The notes beneath the pieces are model-generated. The model was not told where the DNA came from and searched no databases. It saw only the letters and a list, made by a program, of their open reading frames with translations. From positions 13,526 through 77,525 of the forward strand of contig CAZWMY010000004.1 of the NCBI GenBank assembly GCA_964635025.1: a stretch of 64,000 bases of DNA, given 5' to 3'. The stretch is from an uncultured Desulfobacula sp. (GTDB lineage: Bacteria > Desulfobacterota > Desulfobacteria > Desulfobacterales > Desulfobacteraceae). Made by a program: the position numbers and the translations under genes. Of this stretch, positions 26,012 through 35,009 are shown piece by piece. Within the stretch, counting starts at the first letter, position 1. Each line of letters starts with the position of its first letter.

Positions 26012-27991
26012 TTAAAAACTCACCCGTACACCGGCATATCCTGTGCGTCCTGCTCTTGGAAGCCTGTAAGATTCTTCATAGTCTTTATCAAAAAGATTAT
26101 CCACACCCAGATAAAGGAAATAATTATCGTTGTAGACCTTTTGCTCCAGCTTGAAATTTACAAGGGAATAATCATTTAATTTACCCTTTCGAAAGGAATC
26201 CGAATAAAAATACTGGTCGGCAACATGCATGAAATCTGCATACGCCGTCAACCCGAAACCCCATGTATAATCCGCATCAACTGAAAATTTATGTCTCGGC
26301 CGGTATTGAAGTTCGTCTACCAGGGTACCGCTGGATTTGTCCTTGGAATCCATATACGAATAATTAAAACCAATGGTTCCATTCTCAAGGATTTTTTTGG
26401 AAAGGCGGGTTTCAAATCCTTTGAATTGATATTGTTGGTTGTTCTCATAAAAATTGGTGGTATTATTTTTCTCAATATAATGCTCAACATCATTCTGGAA
26501 AAATGTCAGGTCCAGTTCCATATCTTCAAAAAGCTTCTGTGAAATCCCGGCCTCATAATTTTGGGACTGTTCCGGTTTCAGTGTGGTTCTGCCCGAGGTG
26601 GGGTCATAGAGCTGCTGAATGGACGGGAACCGGATTTTTTTAGCATAGGATGCCCGCAATAGTGTCGAGTCGGTAAGTTTCAGGCTGCCGCCCACCATAT
26701 AGCTTCCCTTGTTTTCGTCATTGCCGACATCTTTTATCTGCCAGTGGTGACTGTAGCCCGTGACAATATCCAGCTTGGAAAAAAATTGAATCCTGTATTC
26801 AAAGGCGGCCGAGTAAATATTCAAATCATAATCATAATGATACGGAACAGCGGCTCTGTTATTGACCAGCACGGTATTAAGATCGGATGTGTAATTGTCT
26901 TTTTCCCCGGAGAGTGAAAACACAGCTTCACCGGACGATTCAAAATCAACGCTTGTCTGAAGGGTAGCGCCTTTGACGGATGTCTCATCCGAGTTTGTAT
27001 AGTTGTTTCTGTTTCTGATGGTGCTATAGGTGTTGTTATCGTATCTGGCAAAGTCCTGATTGTAAGTATTTGCAAAGGCCCAACCCCGGAACCCAAAGAT
27101 ACCTTTTGGTTGATAGCTCATGGAAACCTGGCCTGAAAGGGTTCCGAAATCTTCTACTCTGTCGTATTTTGGGGCTTTATAAAAAGGATCGGAAGCAATG
27201 GTTGTGGTTGAAGGGATTCCGTATTCACCGTCTGAGCTTTCAATGGTCAGGCCCATTTCAACCTCATCATTCACTTGGATTCCAAGATTACCGAAAAAGC
27301 TGAGCCGCTCATCATCACTGTTGTTCCTGGTTCCGCCGTTCTCAAATACAGTTGCCTTGAAATCACGGGAAAGCCTGTACCCGGCCGAGTCGGTTCTGTC
27401 TATGCCGGCAAAAAAATTGGTGGTTTCATCACCGCCTGAAATATTGGCTTTGCTGTAATAATTCCCCCGGCCGTCTATTTCACCTGATGCGTTCATATGA
27501 AGCCCTTTGGTTCCTTGCTTGGTAATGATATTGATCACACCGGCAAGCCCCCCCTGGCCATAGAGCACGGAATTGTTGCCATAGGATACCTTGATTTTGG
27601 AGATATTATCAGTGGAAATGATGTGGGGATCAAACTGACCGTCATAGGTTGAATTGATGGGAATCCCATTTAACAACAAGATGGCATGTCTGCTTCGAAA
27701 TCCTCGTATATTGATCCTCGGTGTACCGGCGCCGCCGGTTGTCACATCTATTCCCGGCAGCAATTCCAATGCCTTATCAAGGGTTTTGGCATTTCTTTTC
27801 TCAATATCCTTATCCGTGATTTCCAGAGCCGGAATGGTTTTGGATCCCGGCATATCTGCCGATATGACAACTTCACCAAGGGAATAGGCTTTTGTACCTC
27901 CTGTGTTTTTTTCATCAGCCGTTGCATATGAAAAGCTTAAACATAATATGATTAAGAAGCATAAAAGCCGGTTTAATTTTGCCAATCTCAT
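26012..27991 (-). CDS. TonB-dependent outer-membrane receptor (659 aa, BtuB/small-TBDR size class)
   Basis: It has a signal peptide, the TonB box LGEVVISA and plug motifs (LPGIDV, IRGF, SVLYGQGGLAGVINIITK). The C-terminus reads GRTGYAGVRVSF, ending in an aromatic residue. Confidence 0.9.
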   Translation of the reverse strand: MRLAKLNRLLCFLIILCLSFSYATADEKNTGGTKAYSLGEVVISADMPGSKTIPALEITDKDIEKRNAKTLDKALELLPGIDVTTGGAGTPRINIRGFRSRHAILLLNGIPINSTYDGQFDPHIISTDNISKIKVSYGNNSVLYGQGGLAGVINIITKQGTKGLHMNASGEIDGRGNYYSKANISGGDETTNFFAGIDRTDSAGYRLSRDFKATVFENGGTRNNSDDERLSFFGNLGIQVNDEVEMGLTIESSDGEYGIPSTTTIASDPFYKAPKYDRVEDFGTLSGQVSMSYQPKGIFGFRGWAFANTYNQDFARYDNNTYSTIRNRNNYTNSDETSVKGATLQTSVDFESSGEAVFSLSGEKDNYTSDLNTVLVNNRAAVPYHYDYDLNIYSAAFEYRIQFFSKLDIVTGYSHHWQIKDVGNDENKGSYMVGGSLKLTDSTLLRASYAKKIRFPSIQQLYDPTSGRTTLKPEQSQNYEAGISQKLFEDMELDLTFFQNDVEHYIEKNNTTNFYENNQQYQFKGFETRLSKKILENGTIGFNYSYMDSKDKSSGTLVDELQYRPRHKFSVDADYTWGFGLTAYADFMHVADQYFYSDSFRKGKLNDYSLVNFKLEQKVYNDNYFLYLGVDNLFDKDYEESYRLPRAGRTGYAGVRVSF

Positions 27992-28155
27992 TTCCCTTTT
28001 TCTCCTGAGTTCAAAGTTATAAATTAGTCATAATATAGCCATTAAGGTTGTGAGTTAATCATAGAGGTAATATTTTGTCAATCTTGCATAAAAAAAATTA
28101 AATCATGAAAAATTTTGATGATTATTTACCAAATATAACGATTATTAACTGTATG

Positions 28156-28187
28156 TGTTGGGGCTGTTGTCGCAGACAGCCCCAACA
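28156..28187 (-). terminator. Strong GC-rich hairpin 10 nt downstream of the TupA-like gene (terminator-like, without a clear U-tract)
   Basis: Sequence is TGTTGGGGCTGT-tgtcgcag-ACAGCCCCAACA, a perfect 12-bp stem. Confidence 0.5.
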
Positions 28188-28196
28188 ATGGATTGA

Positions 28197-29063
28197 TCAT
28201 GTATTATACGGCCAGACAGGGTAGAACCAGGGAAGCCCGGATTCAGCTCTTCCAAAATCATTCATAAAATCCTGGATCTCTTTTGAAAGCATGAAATCCG
28301 AAAGGGCACGGGCACCTTTATCATTTGAATCAGGAAAAATCTTTGGGTTGGCCTCCATTACAATATAAGGTCTTCTCATGGCAGGATCACCTTCAACCAT
28401 AATTTTCAAATTGCCTTTTTCTACTTTCTCAAAAAGGACCGGCATTCTGCCGAAAACCAGGTATGCATTTTTTTCACTTGCATATATCAACATATCTTTG
28501 TTTTTGTCACTTGAATCTTTGATAACCCAATCTCCAACCGGTTTGACGTGAATTTTTTTCCACAGGGTATTGCAAAGTTCCCTTGGTCCAACTCCCAATC
28601 CATCCAGGAATGTGGATTTGGTATCATAGATTTTCCGGAGGGCCTGTGCACCGTCTTTCATCCCCATGATTCCTGCGGGATCGGAAGGGGGACCGAGAAT
28701 AACCAAATCATTTTTGGCGCAAGGCCTCATATTGATACCATAGCCGTCAGCAACCAGGTCTGAGGTGATGTCGCCGGAATGCATGACAAGAAGATCCGCT
28801 TTGCCTCTTCTGAAGGGTTCGGATATGTCAGGCCGCGGCCCGGTTGACACAACAACGACCTTATAACCGGTTTTCGCTTCAAACCTTTTCGAAATTTCAG
28901 CCCACAGCCCAGTCATGGTCATGCCGCCAATGACACGAGCCCTGACCGTATCATTGTTTTTTGATGGTGCAGTCAGGGATTGTGTCATTGTGACAGGTTT
29001 CAACCCGCAGGAAACAAGGAAAAAGATACAAAATAAAAAACAGGGTAACAATTTTGCCTTCAT
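28197..29063 (-). CDS. Lipoprotein of the PBP_like_2 / TupA-like (tungstate/oxyanion-binding) family, orphan (no cognate TupBC nearby)
   Basis: ATG 29063 follows AAAGGAG. The lipobox reads MKAKLLPCFLFCIFFLVSC. The region TGLWAEISKRFEAKTGYKVVVVSTG...GKADLLVMHSG...NDLVILGPPSDPAGI parallels the TupA fold, but the position where I recall a TTTS anion motif reads GGMTMTG. Confidence 0.55.
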   Translation of the reverse strand: MKAKLLPCFLFCIFFLVSCGLKPVTMTQSLTAPSKNNDTVRARVIGGMTMTGLWAEISKRFEAKTGYKVVVVSTGPRPDISEPFRRGKADLLVMHSGDITSDLVADGYGINMRPCAKNDLVILGPPSDPAGIMGMKDGAQALRKIYDTKSTFLDGLGVGPRELCNTLWKKIHVKPVGDWVIKDSSDKNKDMLIYASEKNAYLVFGRMPVLFEKVEKGNLKIMVEGDPAMRRPYIVMEANPKIFPDSNDKGARALSDFMLSKEIQDFMNDFGRAESGLPWFYPVWPYNT

Positions 29064-29302
29064 GCTGATGGAACTCCTTTTTATCAATTGTTTCAGATTA
29101 GCAAGGGCATCTTTTTCCTTGCTTACTTTTTTTTGGATAATAGAAAAACACGATTGGAAAGTCAATTATGGAAATTGATTGATATGGTTTGTAATAGTCA
29201 TATTTGGTTATTTTTTATCAAATTATCAAAGTATTCTTGACAGCACGGACTAAAAACTCTAATTCCATATCCCTATACAATAACTCTGCAGGAACATATA
29301 AA

Positions 29303-30145
29303 ATGAATATGATTTTGGATCAGGCGTGTCTGTTTTTGAATCAGGAACTCCGGGAGACCCCAGAGATCCGGGAAATCGTTATCAATCCGAATTTTACAGG
29401 CGTACTTCTGGAAAATGAGGCCATGGGCATGGCCATGAACATCCGGAAAGGACCCGGCAATGAAAAGGAAGGCCCTGTCACTTCCATTGAGGATCTGATC
29501 GGCATTGACGGTCTAAAAGGGTTGGAACGGCTTGAAAAAGCTGCCGATCCCCTGATGCTCTCCGTAAAGGTCGCCTTGATCAATGCTTTGTCAAAACCCT
29601 TCATGACAAAGGAATATCTGGAAGCCAGGGGATATGGAACGGCCCAGGGCCGGGATAATTATTCTATCAAGGAAATGGTAAAAGACAAGACCGTGGTGAT
29701 CGTGGGATTCGGTGGCAATGTCACCAAGATAGCAAGCCGGGCGGCCAAGGTGTATGTCACAGAATTGGAACCGGAACGGTTTTATTCAAGGGTCATCAAT
29801 AAGACAGGGGCATCAATGGGGCCATTTTGCGCCACCCTGGTTCATGCTAAAGATGCGGCACCGTATTTTCAGAAAGCTGATGCCGTTGTCCTGACCGGCT
29901 GTACTTTGGTTACACAGACCATGGAAGAAATCCTCGTGCAATGCCAGGGGAAAAAGGTGTTTATTTATGGGGTTACTGCCGGGTTTTTCCCGGAACCCTT
30001 GTTTGATATGGGGGTTGATGCCATCGCCACTTCCATTGTGACGGATTCATCCAAAATGATGGATGCCTTAAAAAATTGCGGCCCCATGGTGGAACGGTTT
30101 TTTTCAGAATCCTGTCAGGAGCTGTTTATTCAGAAAAAGAAATGA
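29303..30145 (+). CDS. DUF364/DUF4213 protein, second paralog; first gene of the importer-3 operon
   Basis: It reads NPNFTGVLLENEAMGMAMN, SVKVALINALS, KTVVIVGFGG and ADAVVLTGCTLVTQTMEEIL..IYGVTAGFFPEPLFDMGVDAIATSIV. ATG 29303 is preferred over the track start at 29204. Confidence 0.75.
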   Translation: MNMILDQACLFLNQELRETPEIREIVINPNFTGVLLENEAMGMAMNIRKGPGNEKEGPVTSIEDLIGIDGLKGLERLEKAADPLMLSVKVALINALSKPFMTKEYLEARGYGTAQGRDNYSIKEMVKDKTVVIVGFGGNVTKIASRAAKVYVTELEPERFYSRVINKTGASMGPFCATLVHAKDAAPYFQKADAVVLTGCTLVTQTMEEILVQCQGKKVFIYGVTAGFFPEPLFDMGVDAIATSIVTDSSKMMDALKNCGPMVERFFSESCQELFIQKKK

Positions 30146-31185
30146 TCAAGAATAGTATAAAAACAACAATAATTTTTCTATGTGCAATTGTTTCCCTTTT
30201 CATGCCCGCCATTGTGTTTGCAAATGAAACCAACACGCGCACCATCACCGATATGACCGGGCGAAAGGTGGTGATTAAAAATCCCGTGAACCGGATCATT
30301 ACCACATTTAAACCGGCGAGTCTTTGTGTGCTTTCCCTGGGGCTTGAAAAAAAGCTGGTTGGGGTGGACAATTCTACCCGGCAGGACCGGCTGCAATTAG
30401 AAGTATTTCCCGAAATCGCTAATCTTGCAGGGGTGGGCACCAAAGCCATAGGGATCAATTTTGAAACCCTGGTTTCACTGAAGCCCGATCTTGTCATCCT
30501 TTTTTCTCAAAAAGACGGTCTTTCCGTTTCAGACCGCCTTTCAGCCATGAATATCCCTTCCATTGTGATTTTGCCTGAAACATTCGGCACCTTAAAAGAG
30601 TCCCTGCGGGTGATTGCCGAGGCAGCAGGAGAACCTGAAAAATCCCTGAAAGCTGAAAAGCTCATGGATGGGGTCATCCATCTTGTGGCACAGCGGCTTT
30701 CCGGACTTTCAAATGGAAATAAGAAAACCGGGTATTTTGCATCTGCCCTTGGGCTTTTCAACACCACAACGGGAAATATGATTGCCAATGAGATTTTTGA
30801 TGCAGCCGGGATCAAAAATGTATCAAGCCATTTGTCAGGGTATTTCCAGGATATTTCCCCTGAACAATTGGTGAAATGGAATCCGGATATCATGGTGCTG
30901 TCCCAGCATTTTAAAAAAGGAGAGGCCCAGCGGCTTTCCGATAAAGCCTTAAAAGAAATCAAAGCCGTATCCAATAAAGCGGTTTACCGTTGCCCGTCAA
31001 GCCTTGCACCTTGGGATTTTCCTTCCCCCATGTCGGTTCTGGCCACCCTTTGGATTGCCCAAAAGGCATATCCGGAAAGATTTTCCGATATTGATATAAA
31101 AGCAAAAGCAGATGAATTTCACCAGCAATTGTTTCAAAAAACCATGACCCAAATGGGCGGGACCATCAGTGATACGGTGGATTAA
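30142..31185 (+). CDS. Periplasmic substrate-binding protein, FecB/BtuF type, importer 3
   Basis: There is an ATGA overlap with the DUF364 stop. The signal peptide is MIKNSIKTTIIFLCAIVSLFMPAIVFANE. Motifs are KPDLVILFS and WNPDIMVLS. Confidence 0.85.
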   Translation: MIKNSIKTTIIFLCAIVSLFMPAIVFANETNTRTITDMTGRKVVIKNPVNRIITTFKPASLCVLSLGLEKKLVGVDNSTRQDRLQLEVFPEIANLAGVGTKAIGINFETLVSLKPDLVILFSQKDGLSVSDRLSAMNIPSIVILPETFGTLKESLRVIAEAAGEPEKSLKAEKLMDGVIHLVAQRLSGLSNGNKKTGYFASALGLFNTTTGNMIANEIFDAAGIKNVSSHLSGYFQDISPEQLVKWNPDIMVLSQHFKKGEAQRLSDKALKEIKAVSNKAVYRCPSSLAPWDFPSPMSVLATLWIAQKAYPERFSDIDIKAKADEFHQQLFQKTMTQMGGTISDTVD

Positions 31186-32211
31186 ATGAAAACCGCCCGG
31201 TCTTTCAGGACAATTATTCTTCTTCTCCTGGCTGCCCTGGTGCTTGCGTTTATCCTGTCCATTTTCTCCGGCCGGGTGGCCATTGGATTTTTTGATATGA
31301 TGGCTATTTTTTCAAAATTTTATCGGGACTGGGATGGAGCGGGCAGCTTTATTCCCAATGAATTGGTCTTCTTATGGATCAGACTGCCAAGATGTGTCAT
31401 GGCCGTTCTTGTGGGGTCAAGCCTGGCCGTGACCGGTGCCGTCTACCAGGCCCTGTTCAGAAATCCTCTGGTTTCACCGGATATTCTCGGGGTATCGGCC
31501 GGATGTACGTTTGGAGCGGCTCTTGGCCTTGTTCTGTCGTTTAATTCATTTGCATCTGTTCATCTTTTGTCGTTCGGGTTCGGGCTTCTGGCCGTTGCCT
31601 TGAGCGTCGGGCTTGCAAGACTCATTTCCATAAAACCGGTCATCATTCTGGTTCTGGCCGGTATGGTGGTATTGTCGTTTTTTAATGCCCTGCTCATGGT
31701 GGTAAAATATTTTTCAGACCCTTATGATCAATTGCCCACCATTATTTACTGGGTCATGGGGAGTTTGAGCCGGGTCACCTGGGACAATGTTCTGATCATG
31801 ACCCCTTTTGTGACGGCAGGCGTATTCCTCTTCATTAGTTTCAGTTTCAGACTCAATATTCTTTCCCTGGGTGATATCCAGGCCAAATCCCTAGGCATGA
31901 ATCCTTCTTTTTTCCGCATGGTCCTGATCACGACAAGTTCATTTATGGTGGCGGTTTCAGTGGCTACCTGCGGTCAGATTTCCTGGATCGGGCTGGTCAT
32001 TCCCCATCTGGCAAGAACCCTTGTGGGGCCTGAGCATGAAAAAATGGTCCCGGTAACAGCCTTGCTGGGAGGGCTGTTCCTTCTGACTGCGGATTCTATT
32101 GCCAGGAGTGTTTCTTCAGCCGAAATCCCGGTTGGGATTATCACCGCCCTGACCGGGGCCCCGATTTTCGGCTGGTTCATGTTCAAAAACCGGAGCAGCG
32201 GATGGATCTGA
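31186..32211 (+). CDS. FecCD/BtuC-family ABC permease, importer 3
   Basis: 341 aa. It reads RLPRCVMAVLVGSSLAVTGAVYQALFRNPLVSPDILGVSAG and IPVGIITALTGAPIFGWFM. Confidence 0.9.
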   Translation: MKTARSFRTIILLLLAALVLAFILSIFSGRVAIGFFDMMAIFSKFYRDWDGAGSFIPNELVFLWIRLPRCVMAVLVGSSLAVTGAVYQALFRNPLVSPDILGVSAGCTFGAALGLVLSFNSFASVHLLSFGFGLLAVALSVGLARLISIKPVIILVLAGMVVLSFFNALLMVVKYFSDPYDQLPTIIYWVMGSLSRVTWDNVLIMTPFVTAGVFLFISFSFRLNILSLGDIQAKSLGMNPSFFRMVLITTSSFMVAVSVATCGQISWIGLVIPHLARTLVGPEHEKMVPVTALLGGLFLLTADSIARSVSSAEIPVGIITALTGAPIFGWFMFKNRSSGWI

Positions 32212-33008
32212 TGCTGGAATGCCGCGATCTTGGGTTCAGGTATAAAGATACCGTCATCTTTGAGAATATTTCCTTTCAGGCAGAAAAGGGCAGATTCTGC
32301 GCCATCCTGGGCAGGAACGGGTCCGGCAAAACCACACTTCTCCATTGCCTGAACAAAATTCTGAATCCTCTGTCCGGCCGTATCCTGGTTCAAGGCAAGG
32401 ATATCACAATTTTTTCCCGAAATGAGCTGGCAAGAAAGATCAGCCTCTTGCCCCAGGAGCACATGGATATTTTTCCCTACAAAGTCATGGATGTGGTGGT
32501 CATGGGCAGGGCCCCGTTTTTAAAGATTTCCGAAAGGCCAGGTGAAGCTGATTATGAGATTGCAGCAAAGGCCCTGAAACAATTAAATGTGGAAAACCTT
32601 TCAAACCGGAATTTTAACCGGATATCCGGCGGGGAGCGGCAGATTGTGCTTCTGGCGCGCTGTCTGGCCCAGAGTGCCGAGATCATGCTCCTGGATGAAC
32701 CCACCAACCACCTTGATTTCAACCACCAGTATCATCTTTTATCCTCCATCCGTCAGCTTTGCAGGGAAAACACCATCAGTGTGGTGGCGTCCATGCATGA
32801 CCCCAATCTTGCGTCCATATTTGCCGACGATGTCATCATGATCAAAAGCGGCCGGGTCATGGCCAAAGGCGTAAAGGATGATGTGATGACCGAAAATAAT
32901 ATCTCAGCCCTTTATGACATGGATGTCAAACAAACCAGGGTCAATGCCGCACATTGTTTTTTCCTTCCGGAAGACGCCATGGACCCAAAATTTTTGGATG
33001 CCACGTAA
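32202..33008 (+). CDS. ABC ATP-binding protein, importer 3
   Basis: Walker A is GRNGSGKTT, the signature is ISGGERQ and Walker B is MLLDEPTNHLD. The alternative start ATG 32211 overlaps the permease TGA, as in importer 1. Confidence 0.9.
   Translation: MDLMLECRDLGFRYKDTVIFENISFQAEKGRFCAILGRNGSGKTTLLHCLNKILNPLSGRILVQGKDITIFSRNELARKISLLPQEHMDIFPYKVMDVVVMGRAPFLKISERPGEADYEIAAKALKQLNVENLSNRNFNRISGGERQIVLLARCLAQSAEIMLLDEPTNHLDFNHQYHLLSSIRQLCRENTISVVASMHDPNLASIFADDVIMIKSGRVMAKGVKDDVMTENNISALYDMDVKQTRVNAAHCFFLPEDAMDPKFLDAT
32919..32975 (+). repeat. Direct repeat copy A (inside the 3' end of the importer-3 ATPase gene)
   Basis: atggatgtcaaacaaaccagggtcaatgccgcacattgttttttccttccggaagac matches 35533..35589 with about 4 mismatches over ~57 nt (aligned by eye). 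Confidence 0.8.
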
Positions 33009-33028
33009 AAAGAAATAGCTGCTCAATG

Positions 33029-33220
33029 TCATTGCCCATTATGTTCTCTCAAATAAAGCATGCGAGCGACCATGGCCAAAAACCCTGTGCAGGTGGTGCT
33101 GACAATCAGCACCAGCCATAGAGGCAGACGCAAATTTAAAGCTTTTGCCTGCGGAACAATAAGGAACCATCCGATCCCAGCGGCTAAAAGCAGATCGAAC
33201 CAAATCTGATTCCCCCACAC
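33029..33220 (-). CDS. Small hydrophobic protein, probably a damaged paralog of 33385..33729
   Basis: 63 aa with two TM segments. The frame continues upstream (LSWTEYTRNV) without an ATG. An ATG ORF (MSIVSLLPVLD) lies in another frame at ~33255..33290, which suggests a frameshifted gene. Confidence 0.35.
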   Translation of the reverse strand: MWGNQIWFDLLLAAGIGWFLIVPQAKALNLRLPLWLVLIVSTTCTGFLAMVARMLYLREHNGQ

Positions 33221-33384
33221 ATTACGGGTGTATTCAGTCCAGGACAGGTAAAAGAGATACTATTGACATTACATTCCTCTATACTATGTTGTTGATTTTT
33301 TGTTTAAAAGCCGGTTAATTGGCTGCAAACAGGTAAAGCAAACGCCTGTGATGGATTATATAGCTTTTACACACACAGATATCA

Positions 33385-33729
33385 TCATCTTCCTGCCCTG
33401 ATTTTTCCCAGCAGTATGATTTTCATGTCTCCATTTGCTTTATAACTTGCAAGAAGAAGATAAGGGGCGAGTACCATTGTTCCGCCGAAAACGCCCAGCA
33501 CGCCCAATACAATCCCTCCAAATGAGAAATGATGGCGCCAGGCGAGCCATAACCCGGAAAGCAGAAGAAGACACATAAAATCAAAATTGAATTGCCCGGG
33601 CCAAGTCAATGATGCGATATCGCCAAAAAAGATCGGCAGCAGGTTCCAGCCGTGATTGAAGGCCACAACACCTGTGATACCAAGGATACTTATAATAAAA
33701 AAGGTTAAAAGAATTCGAAATGCACGCAT
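33385..33729 (-). CDS. Small integral membrane protein (about 4 TM segments)
   Basis: 114-aa hydrophobic ORF reading MRAFRILLTFFIISILGITGVVAF... Confidence 0.5.
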   Translation of the reverse strand: MRAFRILLTFFIISILGITGVVAFNHGWNLLPIFFGDIASLTWPGQFNFDFMCLLLLSGLWLAWRHHFSFGGIVLGVLGVFGGTMVLAPYLLLASYKANGDMKIILLGKIRAGR

Positions 33730-33850
33730 AAGTTTTCCCCCTTAAAAATTAATTTATGTTCCATAATAACCCAAATAAGGTCATTGAATTTAGTTTTTGA
33801 ATATTGTACCATCCAAGGTAATAAAGTCCATTACCTTGGAGGTAAAAATT

Positions 33851-34663
33851 ATGCTAAATTTGAAAGAAAATATAAAAAAAGATGATTCAATAGGCGATAT
33901 ATTACGTTTCTGGCGTCAATTAAAAAGAGTAAGCCAGATGGATTTGGCTTTGGATGCCGGGATTTCCTCTAAGCATTTGAGTTTTGTAGAAACAGGCAGA
34001 TCTCAACCAAGCCGTGACTTGGTTTTAAAATTGGCCTCTTCATTGAAAGTACCCCTTCGCCATCGGAATGTTTTTTTAAAAGCAGCAGGCTACTCTTCTG
34101 AATTTTCTGAAGAACCTTTTGACGGACAAAAAATGGAAATCGTCCGGCAAGCGTTGAAACGCATGATCGAGGCTCATGAGCCATATCCTGCTTTGGTTAT
34201 CAATGCATCCTATAAGATTATAATGACAAATTCCGGATATGATCAAATGATCAGATTCTATCTTGGAGAAAATTCACTGAAAAAATATGATAATGTCTAT
34301 CGGCTTACTTTTGCAGAAGATGGGTTACGGCAGTATATTACAGATTGGCCTGTTATAGAACAATTTATGATCGGGCGATTGTGGGAAGAGGTTGTTTCAA
34401 CCCAAAACAAAGAATTATTTACATTGTACGAAGAGATTTCACAGCTAAAGACCGGCGATTCTCCAATCAGCTTTCAAATTAATAATAATCTACCCATAAT
34501 GAGTTTGACCCTGGAAAAAAAATCGATGAAGGCGAGTTTTTTCACTACTGTAACAACACTTGGAACACCTCTTGATTTAACCACTCAAGAACTCCGGATA
34601 GAGTCTCTTTTTCCAGCGGATGATGAAACAAAACAATTGTTTTCTCTTAAAAAAATAGGATAA
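33851..34663 (+). CDS. XRE-family HTH transcriptional regulator with MmyB-like ligand-binding domain
   Basis: GGAGG lies upstream of ATG 33851. The HTH reads LRFWRQLKRVSQMDLALDAGISSKHLSFVETGRSQPSRDLVLKLA. It is followed by EPYPALVINASYKIIMTNSGY. Confidence 0.8.
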   Translation: MLNLKENIKKDDSIGDILRFWRQLKRVSQMDLALDAGISSKHLSFVETGRSQPSRDLVLKLASSLKVPLRHRNVFLKAAGYSSEFSEEPFDGQKMEIVRQALKRMIEAHEPYPALVINASYKIIMTNSGYDQMIRFYLGENSLKKYDNVYRLTFAEDGLRQYITDWPVIEQFMIGRLWEEVVSTQNKELFTLYEEISQLKTGDSPISFQINNNLPIMSLTLEKKSMKASFFTTVTTLGTPLDLTTQELRIESLFPADDETKQLFSLKKIG

Positions 34664-34667
34664 AAAA

Positions 34668-34889
34668 ATGATAGAAAGACTAAACCCGGAATATATCGCG
34701 GCTTTAAAAATAGAGGTTAAAAATAGTCCCTACCCAAGACATATGGACATGGAGCTTGGCGAAATCGAATTCGATAAAGCAGATATTATTCTCGATCTTG
34801 ACCACTATCACCTTCAGCCGTTTGGTATTGTGCATGGCGGAGTCATTGCGACAATGATAGATACTGCAAAGTTTTTGATGACAATATGA
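34668..34889 (+). pseudogene. Truncated PaaI/hotdog-fold thioesterase fragment
   Basis: Only 73 aa. It contains HLQPFGIVHGGVIATMIDTA but lacks the C-terminal half of the fold. Confidence 0.55.
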
Positions 34890-35009
34890 ATCTTGTTGCC
34901 TACGGGACCTCAACACTGATGGCTCTGCCCGGTAAGGGATTGGGGCTGCGAAGTAAAAAATTTTTGTTATAGTTTTCGTTTGTTAAACGGAATCCAAAGG
35001 ATTTTATGA

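Noticed and set aside
28117-28146. Fur-box-like AT-rich stretches (GATGATTAT...ATAACGATTATTAAC here, and GATAATAATGTTTTTGATT at ~1415..1433).
   Set aside because: By eye they match the 19-bp Fur consensus at only about 10 of 15 positions. In AT-rich promoter DNA this is not distinguishable from chance, or from ModE-like half-sites, without a scoring matrix.
27992-28196. Possible cobalamin riboswitch upstream of the BtuB-sized TBDR. The same question applies to 1216..1552 and 12052..12297.
   Set aside because: These leaders are AT-rich. They contain no B12-box-like GCCACTG element and no GC-rich paired regions, so I see nothing resembling the riboswitch core.
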